Below are positions 12,836 through 22,746 of a stretch of 64,000 nucleotides of DNA, piece by piece. Every line of letters starts with the position of its first letter. Position 1 is the stretch's first letter. The DNA is taken from assembly GCA_032718475.1 (NCBI GenBank), contig JAUCBJ010007289.1, positions 1-64,000 on the forward strand, in the 5' to 3' direction. The notes below the pieces were generated by a model. It was not told the DNA's origin and searched no databases. It saw only the letters and a program-made list of their open reading frames with translations. Both the position numbers and the translations under genes were made by a program. The stretch is from Nemertoderma westbladi. Lineage: Eukaryota > Animalia > Xenacoelomorpha.

Positions 12836-13964
12836 CCCAAGCCACACCAGGCTCAACCAAGCAATGTTGGGCAATTTGATTCATTATGACTTGTGAGTAA
12901 AATGGTTTATAAAATTAACAGTCGGACAGCCAGACAGCGCATTTAATTCGGAAAATGCGCGAAGCTGTTTTTTTGTCATTTTACCGATAGCGGATAGGCC
13001 TACTTCTTTAATTTTAATTTCGCCATTGTTCACTTTTCTAATATAAATTATACTTCCATGTACCGGTACCGGAAATTTAATGCGAGCGAAGAGTAGCGAG
13101 TCTTATTTATATTATGTGGTCTTTAAAAAAACTACAACAGTTAATTTTATGATTTTTTTTTAGTACATTATACCAACATTTACAAAAACAACCATTAACA
13201 TTAACATTAACCCCCGCCACCTCTATAATGGTGCCAGGAATCTCCAGTCAACCTCCATGTCACCTGCCTCCAACTACTGCGCCGTCTAATGTTATCACCC
13301 CCACTACTCCACTCCGACTCCAACCCTTAAAGGCAGTGTTTTCGGATCCTTTGGAGAACGCCGTTGCATCTCATGATCGCTCCCCCGCTCCACTACTGTC
13401 CCGGACCTCATCTGTCGTCCACCGCCCATCGTCCATAGAGCCGACACAACTGAGAAAGGACCAAAAAATATAATTTTTTAAGTCGGCTAACTGTATACAG
13501 TAACTATAACACATCTACATTATTTACCTACAAAATTATACGCCAACGATATTATTTTTGAAAAGAAAAGACCTCAATAATAATACTGTATCAAGACCAC
13601 TACACAAACTCAGGGGATACTGCGTAGACCGAGACCAAATGTAACACATCAAGTTACCGTACAAATAGCCCTTTCTCTCTACCTAAAGTTGTTTCAGTAC
13701 TGACTTTTCCTATGATGATGAAAGCATCAATATTCGAGACTGCTCGCAAGTCCCTTCCTGGCGAATTAGGATCTCGTCTCAATGTTAAGTTATCAATTTA
13801 GCGAAAGGCGAAGTTACATTGAACGTTATTCTAACCAAAACAATAAATAAAAATCAGTAGAACTGGTCACATATATATTTTTCAGAGTTATCAATCAGCT
13901 GTTATTTGCGTCGATTTGTCGATTTGTATAGTCCAGGAATTGCTGTATATATAGGGTTATCATT

Positions 13965-14635
13965 GGTGTTATGGCTGAATGAGTGGTTTCATATTATTAT
14001 AATTTTTTGTTGAGCACAGCTTTTGCAAAGTCGGCTAAGACGTCCAGGTGGGATCGAACTGGTGACCTCCGGGTTGGAAGTCTGACGCTCTAACCATTCA
14101 GTTAGCGGCTCAGGTGAACTATAGACCTGGAAATACTGTCTGATACCTTGTATGTCCGCAATTTACCTCCTCATGGCCTCCCGGCTGTCAATAGCCTACC
14201 ATCATATGCTGCCACTGTGCTCAACTACAGTACTTGGCCGTCTTTAAACAGTCGCTGCAATGAAAGGGTACTGTATATTAACCATGAACCATCACGGCCA
14301 CAATGATTAATTAAACACTCTAGCTACTAATTTAGGTAGGACAGTTACACCCAGAGAGAATTGCGACCGGTATATTTATATATATTTTTCGGTTCAAGAC
14401 GGCCAAGTATGATAGGGTTGAGCACAGTGGCAGCATATGATGGTATTGACAGTTGGGAGGCCATGAGGAGGTAAATTGCGGACATACAACGTATCAGGTA
14501 GTATTTCCAGGTCTATCTTTTACCTGAGCCGCTGGCTGAAGGGTTAGAGCGTCAGACTTCCAACTCGGAGTTCTCCAGTTCGATCCCACCTGGACGTCTT
14601 TGCCGACTTTGCAAAAGCTGTGCCCAATAAAAAGT
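13965..14635. mobile_element. Palindromic insertion with a tRNA-derived Pol III cassette in each arm
   Basis: 15-bp TSD tatagggttatcatt (13950-13964 / 14636-14650), inverted arms ~13998-14244 / ~14396-14639, A box tggctgaagggt and B box gttcgatcc. Empty site at about 3733-3747. Confidence 0.85.
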
Positions 14636-15745
14636 TATAGGGTTATCATTACTCCTGTCCACTACGCTCAACACAACTTATTACAATTTCAAGTAGCCCA
14701 TACCGGTACTTCGTTGGAGTAACCGTTTAGTTTCGTGTGTCTCTGACACAAACTATTCATTGAAAGGAAAAAAATGTACTATCCGCAATAATACTGTACA
14801 CTACTGTACAGTATATGGGAGGTATTTGTTCAAGGCGTGATAACCCCTACAGTACTGGATGGTTATAAGTATGGCCACATGCAGTTCATATAGGTTGTTA
14901 GACCAAACGTGGACTTACCGTTAACGCACACAATAACACAACGCACGAAATACACAGACCCTACAATGTATTTAAGATAATAATGACTACACTGTAGCTA
15001 TGATAAAGATTAAGGTAAAAATCTAAATGGCCCACTTTGTGGGTGGGCCCTACCGGTATTGAACATTCCGGCAAACTTACCTGCAAACTCAGCTGTAAGT
15101 ACCATCAGTAAAATGACAAAGAAGTTTAACTTTACCATAATTAGTGAGAAAATAGTTCCTTTGGTGCTGAAAATACTTGTTATTAAAAAAAAACTATTAT
15201 AAATGCTTGAAATTAATTTACGTACAGTATTTAGTTCGAAATTGAGTTAAAATACGTCCAATGAACCACATACATTACGGGGAGGCCTATATATAGTACA
15301 GTACTGTACTAGAAAAGTAGACAGACATTGTGATCATTAAATGGATACCAAAATCTTGCATTAAATCTTGCATTAAATCTTAAATCTTGCATATGTCACT
15401 ATATTGTACAATTAGAGAGATGAAAAAATAATGATGATGACATATTGCACAACGAGAGAGATGACTAAAAGGATGATACTGTAACATGTTTACTTTCATA
15501 CTAACATACTTTCATCCACTTAAATCATAGCACCTGTCACCTAACACACATCGATAGGCCATCATTATTACTGCACCTAAACATGACCATCTCTCTCTAA
15601 GGAACGTGGCAAGCGTGTAGACTTTAAGCAAAGTAAACAACCAGTTGACTCAAGCCAGAGGCTAACCGAATGCTCCTCTTCATATAGATGCAACCCGAAG
15701 GGAAGGTAGGGGTGGGCGCTATACTCATATCCCAAGTTTGCTCGC

Positions 15746-16986
15746 TGTAAAAGCTTTTGCGTCATTAACCGGTTATTTTCCCTTAAAGTACTCTGTAGTT
15801 GGTTTGCCAGGCATAAAAAGGCCGTGTCCTTGCTGTACTGGTGTTTTAGAGGACATAAAAGTCATTTCTTCTTATTTGAACTGTATTTGTACTTTAGAGG
15901 ACATAATCTGCAATTTCATGACGTAAAAAGCTCGATACTCTTGAAAACAGTGTCGCTACCATGACGACGGCTAACGGCTGATATTGCCACGTTGCAGCTT
16001 TCTGTATCTGCCAATAGGATTTGAGTTGGCTTTGATTTTGACCTATCACAGAGCTACTGAACTGAATTTTCCTATCTCACTGCTCTTTCTCTGTGTTGGA
16101 CGGGAGCTTCGTAGAATAAGGGTAGCTGGTATTCTTATAGTTATTCTTATCAGTGATCAGTGTTGTTGGTGATTCTAAGCCAGGAAGAACGGCTTTAGAG
16201 TATTTTGTGCTTTTATGCTTTAGCCTTACACTAGTAGGCTTAATTATAAGGACATATATCCTTTATCTGCATAACATCCATAAATGCGGCATACCATACC
16301 AAATCATTTATACCTTAACTTTACTGATTTTGCTGTCGGTTATTCATTATATTTGTTGATGAATTATTATATTGGAATAACGAGAAATAAACCCCGAAAA
16401 CCCAATATTCTTGATATACCGAAGGTAAGAGAGAAGGGTTACATATAACGATTGTGACTTATGTTAAAGTGGTTTGAAGTGAATCTAATGTTATTTGATA
16501 TACCCTACATGAGCCAGTCTGTGTTCCTTTTATATGTGACTAAAATCAGTGAAGATCGGCAGATTAGTGTGCAGTATTGTGCAGCATTGTGTATGAGTGA
16601 AACTGATAAAGAAGCATTTCCTAAAGAATGCGACATATATGTGAATTATAACTGAGCCATATCGTTGTGAGTAGTTTAAGTCATAACTCTGTTTATATAG
16701 ATAGAGCGCCACGTCCTAAAGGAACCATTAATATTCCCCGAAGGTGAATAATATTGTCAGAGATTATATAATACTGTCAGTCGAATAATACATTAGGCTT
16801 ACATAGCAATACGATTAAGCCGTCGAAGTCAATCTCCCGGGTATATCCAACGGGTGAATGATCGCGCACAGATTGGTTTCAACTAGTGTAGTGAATCAAA
16901 TACTTGTCAGAGGCTAAAGCGATTTATTATCTAGAAGACATCCTAATTTGGCGGGTTAAACTGCCAAAGGTCTGAAAGCGCGAACA
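15746..16986 (+). repeat. 5' LTR
   Basis: Direct repeat of 25819-27059. I noticed only three differences (two 1-nt indels, one substitution). Confidence 0.96.
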
Positions 16987-16998
16987 ATAAAGGATATA
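16987..16998 (+). promoter_or_regulatory. Candidate self-priming primer-binding site
   Basis: ataaaggatata abuts the LTR end and is the exact reverse complement of tatatcctttat at 16255-16266. No TGG-type PBS is present. Confidence 0.6.
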
Positions 16999-17049
16999 GC
17001 TTCTTTATTGCAGTAAGCAATAAAGTTGAAAGTACCGGTCAACCGGTAA

Positions 17050-17930
17050 ACCTGAACGGTACATCTGTAGGTCAGTAGGCCCAACTGCCAGAACCGGTAC
17101 TGCCGTAGGCCCGTAGGTCCAACTGCCAGAACCGGTACTTCTGTAGGTCCGTAGGCCTAACTGTCCTAACCGGTACTTCCGTATAAGTACATTAGTATTA
17201 TTCGACTTGATTGTTGTAAACCGGTAGGCTGTTTAAGAGATTAGGGACTGTACACCCCTTGTTTCTTTTGGAGCTTACTTATTTCTGTCAGTTTTATTTG
17301 TTAGTAGGCCAGTATTGAACAGAAGGCGTGTAAACCTGATCAGATTGTACAGACAATTTGTAGGCTGAGCTGTTGTCTGATTGCTGTGAGGTCTGAACGG
17401 ATTACAGTGTGTGTAGAGCACCTGTCCGATTAAGTACGGTTAGGAAGTAGGGGCAGCAAATGCTGTAAGGTAAACCCCCAATTAAAGAATAAGTCGTACT
17501 ACTGGGTTAGAACGCATACTGCCTAATCATTTCGGAGTCTGCATGTCCTGTAGTTTATTTAGGCTTGAGAGTAGTCTGCCATCGTTTAGTCTGTACTTTG
17601 TTTGTGTAAGTCCGTACAGGAAGCGTATAATATTTATTTAGATAATTTGTAGGCTGGATAGTTGTCTGGCTGTTATTAGGTCTGAACGGATTGTAGTGTG
17701 TGTAGAGCCTCTGTCCGATTAAGTACGGTTAGGAAGTAGGGGCAGCAAATGCTGTAAGGTAAACCCCCAATTAAAGAATAAGTCGTACTACTGGGTTAGA
17801 ACGCATGCTGCCTAATCATTTCGGAGTCTGCATATACCGTAGTTTGTTTAGGCTTGATAGTAGTCTGTCGGTATTTGGTCTGCATTTTGTTTGAGTAGTT
17901 TGTACGCGTAGCGTAATATTTATTATTCAG
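17050..17930 (+). repeat. Tandem repeats in the retrotransposon leader: about 38-bp units (17050-17185) and an about 290-bp dimer (17350-17930)
   Basis: ccggtac..gtagg..gtagg..caactgccagaa occurs 3-4 times. aatttgtaggctg...ggcttga.agtagtctg occurs twice. Confidence 0.85.
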
Positions 17931-19241
17931 AGTTTATGCGATTATTCGCAACATTCATATTCCCCAAGTTTGTTCCTACAGTAATTGTGTTTGTTATACA
18001 TACCGTTATAGTTAAATTAACCCCGGTACTACACGGGCTGCTTGGCGTAGGTAAAGACTGGTGATTTTGTGCACCGGTCACTCCAGCAGATGCCGTGGTT
18101 CTTTTAGCTGTTCAAGTATAGTTAACTACTGATTATCTGTTGTACAAGTACTCGTACCTAATTTAGGGTTTAGTGTACAGTGCTTTCCGAAAGTAATTAT
18201 TGTAGGCATTATATTTGTGTTGTAAAGTGGTTGATAGGCACCTTCGATTAGCTCTATTAGCTTCTAGGTAGGAACACTCCGTGATACATAACGTAGAACC
18301 TATAGCGATACGGCTATAGGTCGTCAGGCGGTGGTATTTTCCTATCTAGACAACGCAGTGTATTTACTACTACTTATTATTTTCAAATACCGTAGTACCC
18401 TGTTCGTTGTAATAACCAGATTCTAACCCTTTGTTAGGCTGGTTTGTAGACTTCTTGTAAAATTACCCTAAAAATTCGTATTTTGTGTTTTTTTGTAAAT
18501 TTTTGTGTTTATTTAGAGATTGTAATCTCAATCCGAATTGTACGTAATTTGTAGTATTAAGTAACTTAGGTAAATTAGAATTATTTGTTTTAGTGTCCTA
18601 TAAGTAACACTTCACTGAAAGCGTACCGCTTTGTGTAGTGATTACTCCCCAGAAATAATAACATTTATTTCAAATATTGACAAAGCCCATTAAAACGGGT
18701 ATATATATATTATAAATCAAATCTAACGATTTATAAATAGTAGGCCTACCATATAACCATTAGGTCTCAATATCAGTTGGACTACTGTTCAAATAACGGT
18801 AATAAAGTAAGTAAAGTAACAAAGTAACCCTAAAGTTCAGAAATTCAATTATTTAAAATAATTGATATACCGGTATTTACGATAGGCCTATTATCTTTAT
18901 TTCTGTAAATTTAGGCTGAAATTATACCGGTACTTGTAATTAATTCTAGTCCAGAATTATATATACTACAAATTGTAAGCTGTATACCGGTATTCCCGAT
19001 AGGCCTATTATATATTTATATATATTTGTGCTAAAATTATACCGGTATTCTGAGATAAACCTAGTCTGTAATAATACTTATATATACTATAAGCATACCG
19101 GTATTCTAATATATTATATATATATCACGCTACACTGAGTAGCTGTATCGGTAATTAATTACTAGGCTAGCAGTTAATACTGAATTACTAGACTTGCTTA
19201 GACTGTAATATAGCAGTAGGCATTCAACTGTACAAACAAAA

Positions 19242-20132
19242 ATGTCTGACACAAAACGGGCACTGTCAGATAGTCTTTTGGAAGGTGTTAGAATCAGTCT
19301 TAGACTTGGACAGGGTCTTGAAAGGAAGATGGCAGAGGCAATGGCAACAGCAGAAGCGAAAAGAAAGGCGGCAGAGACAATGGCAACAGCAGAAGCGGAA
19401 AGAAAGGCGGCAGAGATAATGGCAACAGCAGAAGCGGAAAGAAAGGCGGCAGAGGCAATGGCAACAGTAGAAGCGGAAAGAAAGATAGAGACACCTGTAC
19501 TCCCAGAACCTGCCTATAAATTCCCTTTGTACAGTACTAAACTACCTGTGCCCAGTAGGACTGTTCCCGAGTCCGAACCCATCCTGGACGCCGAGCGAGA
19601 TATTAAGAATTTATCGCCCGTCGTCTCTCGCTCGCCCGCTACAACGTTGGCGACTCCCGCTTCGGCGGTTGAGTGGGTAGCTGAGGGACGACGGGAGATG
19701 GGTCTCCTGCTCGAGCAGCTGAGGGAACACTGTTTGTGCTCCTCTCAGCAGGTCCGGGAAATGGAAGAGACTGTTCAGCAGCTCAAGGGAACAGTAAGGG
19801 AAAGTAGGTTAGAGTTGCAAAAGGTGCAGCAAAGTATCGCGTTAGAATGCGATAAATTAGTGAACATACAAAGGGGTATAACACCACCCCCTGTAACAAT
19901 GTGTCAACCCGATAGGTCTGAAGTATTTCATGCGCAAGGTGTGGAGCCTACACGCATCTATACTGCTAGTGAAGTAGAAACTCCTATAGTAAACCCTATT
20001 CAGGGTAATTATAAACCTGTTGATAATAATATTCCATATAGACCTGATCATAATCCGAGAAATTTATATACCGATAATTCTATATTCAATAATACGATGG
20101 CTCAAGAAAGTTTTTTCGCGTCAAATGGCTAG
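19242..20132 (+). CDS. Gag N-terminal part (coiled coil, MATAEAERKAAE repeats)
   Basis: 296-aa ORF after the long leader, overlapping the next ORF, which is in the +1 frame. Confidence 0.7.
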   Translation: MSDTKRALSDSLLEGVRISLRLGQGLERKMAEAMATAEAKRKAAETMATAEAERKAAEIMATAEAERKAAEAMATVEAERKIETPVLPEPAYKFPLYSTKLPVPSRTVPESEPILDAERDIKNLSPVVSRSPATTLATPASAVEWVAEGRREMGLLLEQLREHCLCSSQQVREMEETVQQLKGTVRESRLELQKVQQSIALECDKLVNIQRGITPPPVTMCQPDRSEVFHAQGVEPTRIYTASEVETPIVNPIQGNYKPVDNNIPYRPDHNPRNLYTDNSIFNNTMAQESFFASNG

Positions 20133-22746
20133 AACCGAAGCCCGGCAAGCGGTAAAGGTGGGAGAGATCGTCAAGTTCAATGGAGATGAGATGAAATGGT
20201 TACCTTTTAATGAATATTATAAAGATAACATACAGAACTCTGTACTATCTAACGGAGAGAAACTTAGATTCCTCATCGAATGTTTGGAAGGACCTCCCAA
20301 GTCAATGGCGTTAAAATTTATTGGACATCCAGATGGATTAAGACAAGTTTGGGATACACTAAACATCAGGTATGGTAATAGGACTAACATAGCTAGGTAT
20401 TTATATGCGAAAATAATGGCGCCCCGAAAGTTTCTTAGCAGCGGGATTATAGAGTTTTCCGATGAGATTCAGGAGATCTGTAGACAACTAGATTGGTTAG
20501 GTAAGTCTCATGAATACCAGAATTCTATGGTTGTAGGAGCCTTAGCATCTACTTTGCCCAAGGGTGGAGTAGGTACACGCTGGGACAAGAAGGTGTTATA
20601 TATGATGGAACAACAACAACGAGACCCTACCATGGCTGATCTCATGTCATTCCTGGATAGCGAGGTGAAATTACAGCTCATAAAGCAGTCCAGAGAGAAG
20701 ACAGCGGAAAGTAAGGTAAGTGAGAAACCCGTTTCTAGGAGAAGGGTAACACCAGTATGTTATACCGACGACGGTGAAAGCCAAACTTCTCAAGGAGAGG
20801 ACAGCGGGAAAGACACTGACAGATCTTATGTCAATAAAATGCCTAAAGATCAGGTAAATAAATCCAAGTCTCGACCCAATGACAGAAGAGAACCGGTACG
20901 AAAAACCCCTCCTACGTCTCCTAAAAGAATTCAGGTGAGAAAGCCCGAGGAAAGAACAAGTGTGCACCACACAGCACATGTTAAAGTAAGTAACATCAAG
21001 CCCAAATGTGTGCTGTGCGACGGGCCCCACCGTTTAAATGCGTGTGATAAATTCCTGAGGAAATCACTAAAGGATAGACGTGAAGTCATGTGGGATAAGC
21101 GGTTGTGTTATAATTGCCTCAGACGAGGACACCAACGGCGAACCTGTAACTCCGACGCAAGGTGTGCGAAGTGCGGCGCAAAACATCATATCTTGTTGCA
21201 CACGGAATTCGAACGAAACAGCCCGAGTCAGGTAAGTGAGTCCGAACTACATGACCAATTCAGTGATGTGAATGACACTGATCAATCTGAGATGGAAGGA
21301 TTCTATACGGACGAGTTCTCCGACCAAAACGAATCCTGTTACCTAATAAACACCACCGCAGTGTATCGAGCACTCGTGTATGAGAAAGACACAGACAGCG
21401 ACCTTACCTTAACTACTTCCGATCAACAACCATCTTGGAAAGCGCCAACTTCCAATATAGGAATCCGAGAATTTCCTGTAGTCCAGTTACGGGTCCACGG
21501 ACCTCAGAAGAGCTATATAGTGAACGCCCTCCTGGACTCCGGTAGCACAGGAACATTCATCGATAAAGAACTAGCCGAAGTCATCTTTGCTGGACAACCC
21601 AAGTTCCGAACCAAGCTAAACATGTCAGGGATCATGCAGGTTTGGAATTCTACTGTAGCTGCCGACTATTATATAGGTGAGTTGTCCACTCCACAGGATA
21701 AACTAGGAGAATACAGTATAAGGTCAGTAAAAATGGTGGCTATAAAGAACTTCGCTACCACCCAAGTGGAACCTTATAATTGGGACGAAGATGATCATGT
21801 CCAACAACTTAACATCCCTAGATTCGACACCGATTATCCTGGAGTACAAATATTAATCGGTCAAAACGCGCATGAGGCGCTGGAGACATTGGAGAAACGA
21901 CCTGCTCAACCGCAACCACTTCAGACCTATGCGGTAAGAACTAGAGTAGGTTGGTACCTTACTGGACCTTCCCGAAGAACGCTCAGAGAAAGACTGCTTC
22001 AAGATCGCGTCCGCCAGGTGAGTGAATGGGAAGATGATACTAGTGAGGGAGACGACCCAACTGAGGGAACACCACACTCCTCAGATAATGACAATCTTAG
22101 CTCCAATGTAGATCAATGGAGATATTGCCCCAAGAAGTTTAATCCAACGGACATCGCTTCCAGAGGAGCAACTCCTCAAGAACTAACAGATACTATAGAT
22201 CGGTTAGGTGAACCCGACTTCCTGAGTAAGGAGAATGAATGGCCTCCCCATCTTACTCCGACTGAGATTAGACCAGCCAAGGGAGCGGAGAAAGTCGAAC
22301 CTGAAACCCGGACGGGTGGATCGGAGTTATTTGAACCCGGGATAGATCTGTCGGTATTACATGTTGCCAGGGACGACGCCGTGGATCTGGGCCTCCCCTC
22401 CGCGAGTGGATCCTTCATGAAGATCAGAGAGAGCGATTGGAGCTCTGGAACATCAGACGTCTCGCAGGGACTCTCACCTCTCCTGCAGAGAGCGACGGAC
22501 CACTATAGCTCCTGGAATCGGCTTTGTGACGCCGTCATATACTTTGAGCGATGTTTCTATCGTCACTATTCCAGGACGAAGAGGAAACCTGGAATTGTAT
22601 TCAGGATGCAGCGACTCAATCACCCAGTCGGTCGTTTGTGTTTATCGGAAGGGAATGGAGGACTCTCCGGAAACTGTGGAAGGCAAGATTCTCTTCCCAC
22701 GACCACCTCCCTAATCCTTCAAACATCTAGGGACTCCATAACGTAA
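20020..22746 (+). CDS. BEL/Pao Gag core, three zinc knuckles and aspartic protease, fused to an RNase H tail remnant
   Basis: KFNGDEMKWLPF..EKLRFLIECLEG (DUF1759-like); CVLCDGPH..C, CYNCLRRGH..C, CAKCGAKHHILLH; ALLDSGSTGTFI; TRVGWYLTGP; QWRYCPKKFNPTDIASRG. No YxDD RT motif or integrase. An in-frame ATG lies at 20125. Confidence 0.9.
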   Translation: MIIIFHIDLIIIREIYIPIILYSIIRWLKKVFSRQMARTEARQAVKVGEIVKFNGDEMKWLPFNEYYKDNIQNSVLSNGEKLRFLIECLEGPPKSMALKFIGHPDGLRQVWDTLNIRYGNRTNIARYLYAKIMAPRKFLSSGIIEFSDEIQEICRQLDWLGKSHEYQNSMVVGALASTLPKGGVGTRWDKKVLYMMEQQQRDPTMADLMSFLDSEVKLQLIKQSREKTAESKVSEKPVSRRRVTPVCYTDDGESQTSQGEDSGKDTDRSYVNKMPKDQVNKSKSRPNDRREPVRKTPPTSPKRIQVRKPEERTSVHHTAHVKVSNIKPKCVLCDGPHRLNACDKFLRKSLKDRREVMWDKRLCYNCLRRGHQRRTCNSDARCAKCGAKHHILLHTEFERNSPSQVSESELHDQFSDVNDTDQSEMEGFYTDEFSDQNESCYLINTTAVYRALVYEKDTDSDLTLTTSDQQPSWKAPTSNIGIREFPVVQLRVHGPQKSYIVNALLDSGSTGTFIDKELAEVIFAGQPKFRTKLNMSGIMQVWNSTVAADYYIGELSTPQDKLGEYSIRSVKMVAIKNFATTQVEPYNWDEDDHVQQLNIPRFDTDYPGVQILIGQNAHEALETLEKRPAQPQPLQTYAVRTRVGWYLTGPSRRTLRERLLQDRVRQVSEWEDDTSEGDDPTEGTPHSSDNDNLSSNVDQWRYCPKKFNPTDIASRGATPQELTDTIDRLGEPDFLSKENEWPPHLTPTEIRPAKGAEKVEPETRTGGSELFEPGIDLSVLHVARDDAVDLGLPSASGSFMKIRESDWSSGTSDVSQGLSPLLQRATDHYSSWNRLCDAVIYFERCFYRHYSRTKRKPGIVFRMQRLNHPVGRLCLSEGNGGLSGNCGRQDSLPTTTSLILQTSRDSIT

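Larger units (their letters stand above)
2834..13099 (+). repeat. Tandem segmental duplication, copy A
   Basis: 2834-5020 matches 13103-15745 plus 27060-27156; 10104-10388 matches 27157-27465; 11772-11869 plus 12836-13099 matches 28018-28384. Confidence 0.9.

Noticed and set aside
14526-14598. Functional tRNA gene
   Set aside because: Acceptor and T stems pair poorly and it lies in a TSD-flanked insertion. The same applies to 52512-52586 and 54628-55021.
15984-16712. Small ORFs repeated in both LTRs
   Set aside because: They are identical only because the LTRs are, and they are not preserved in the solo LTR variants.
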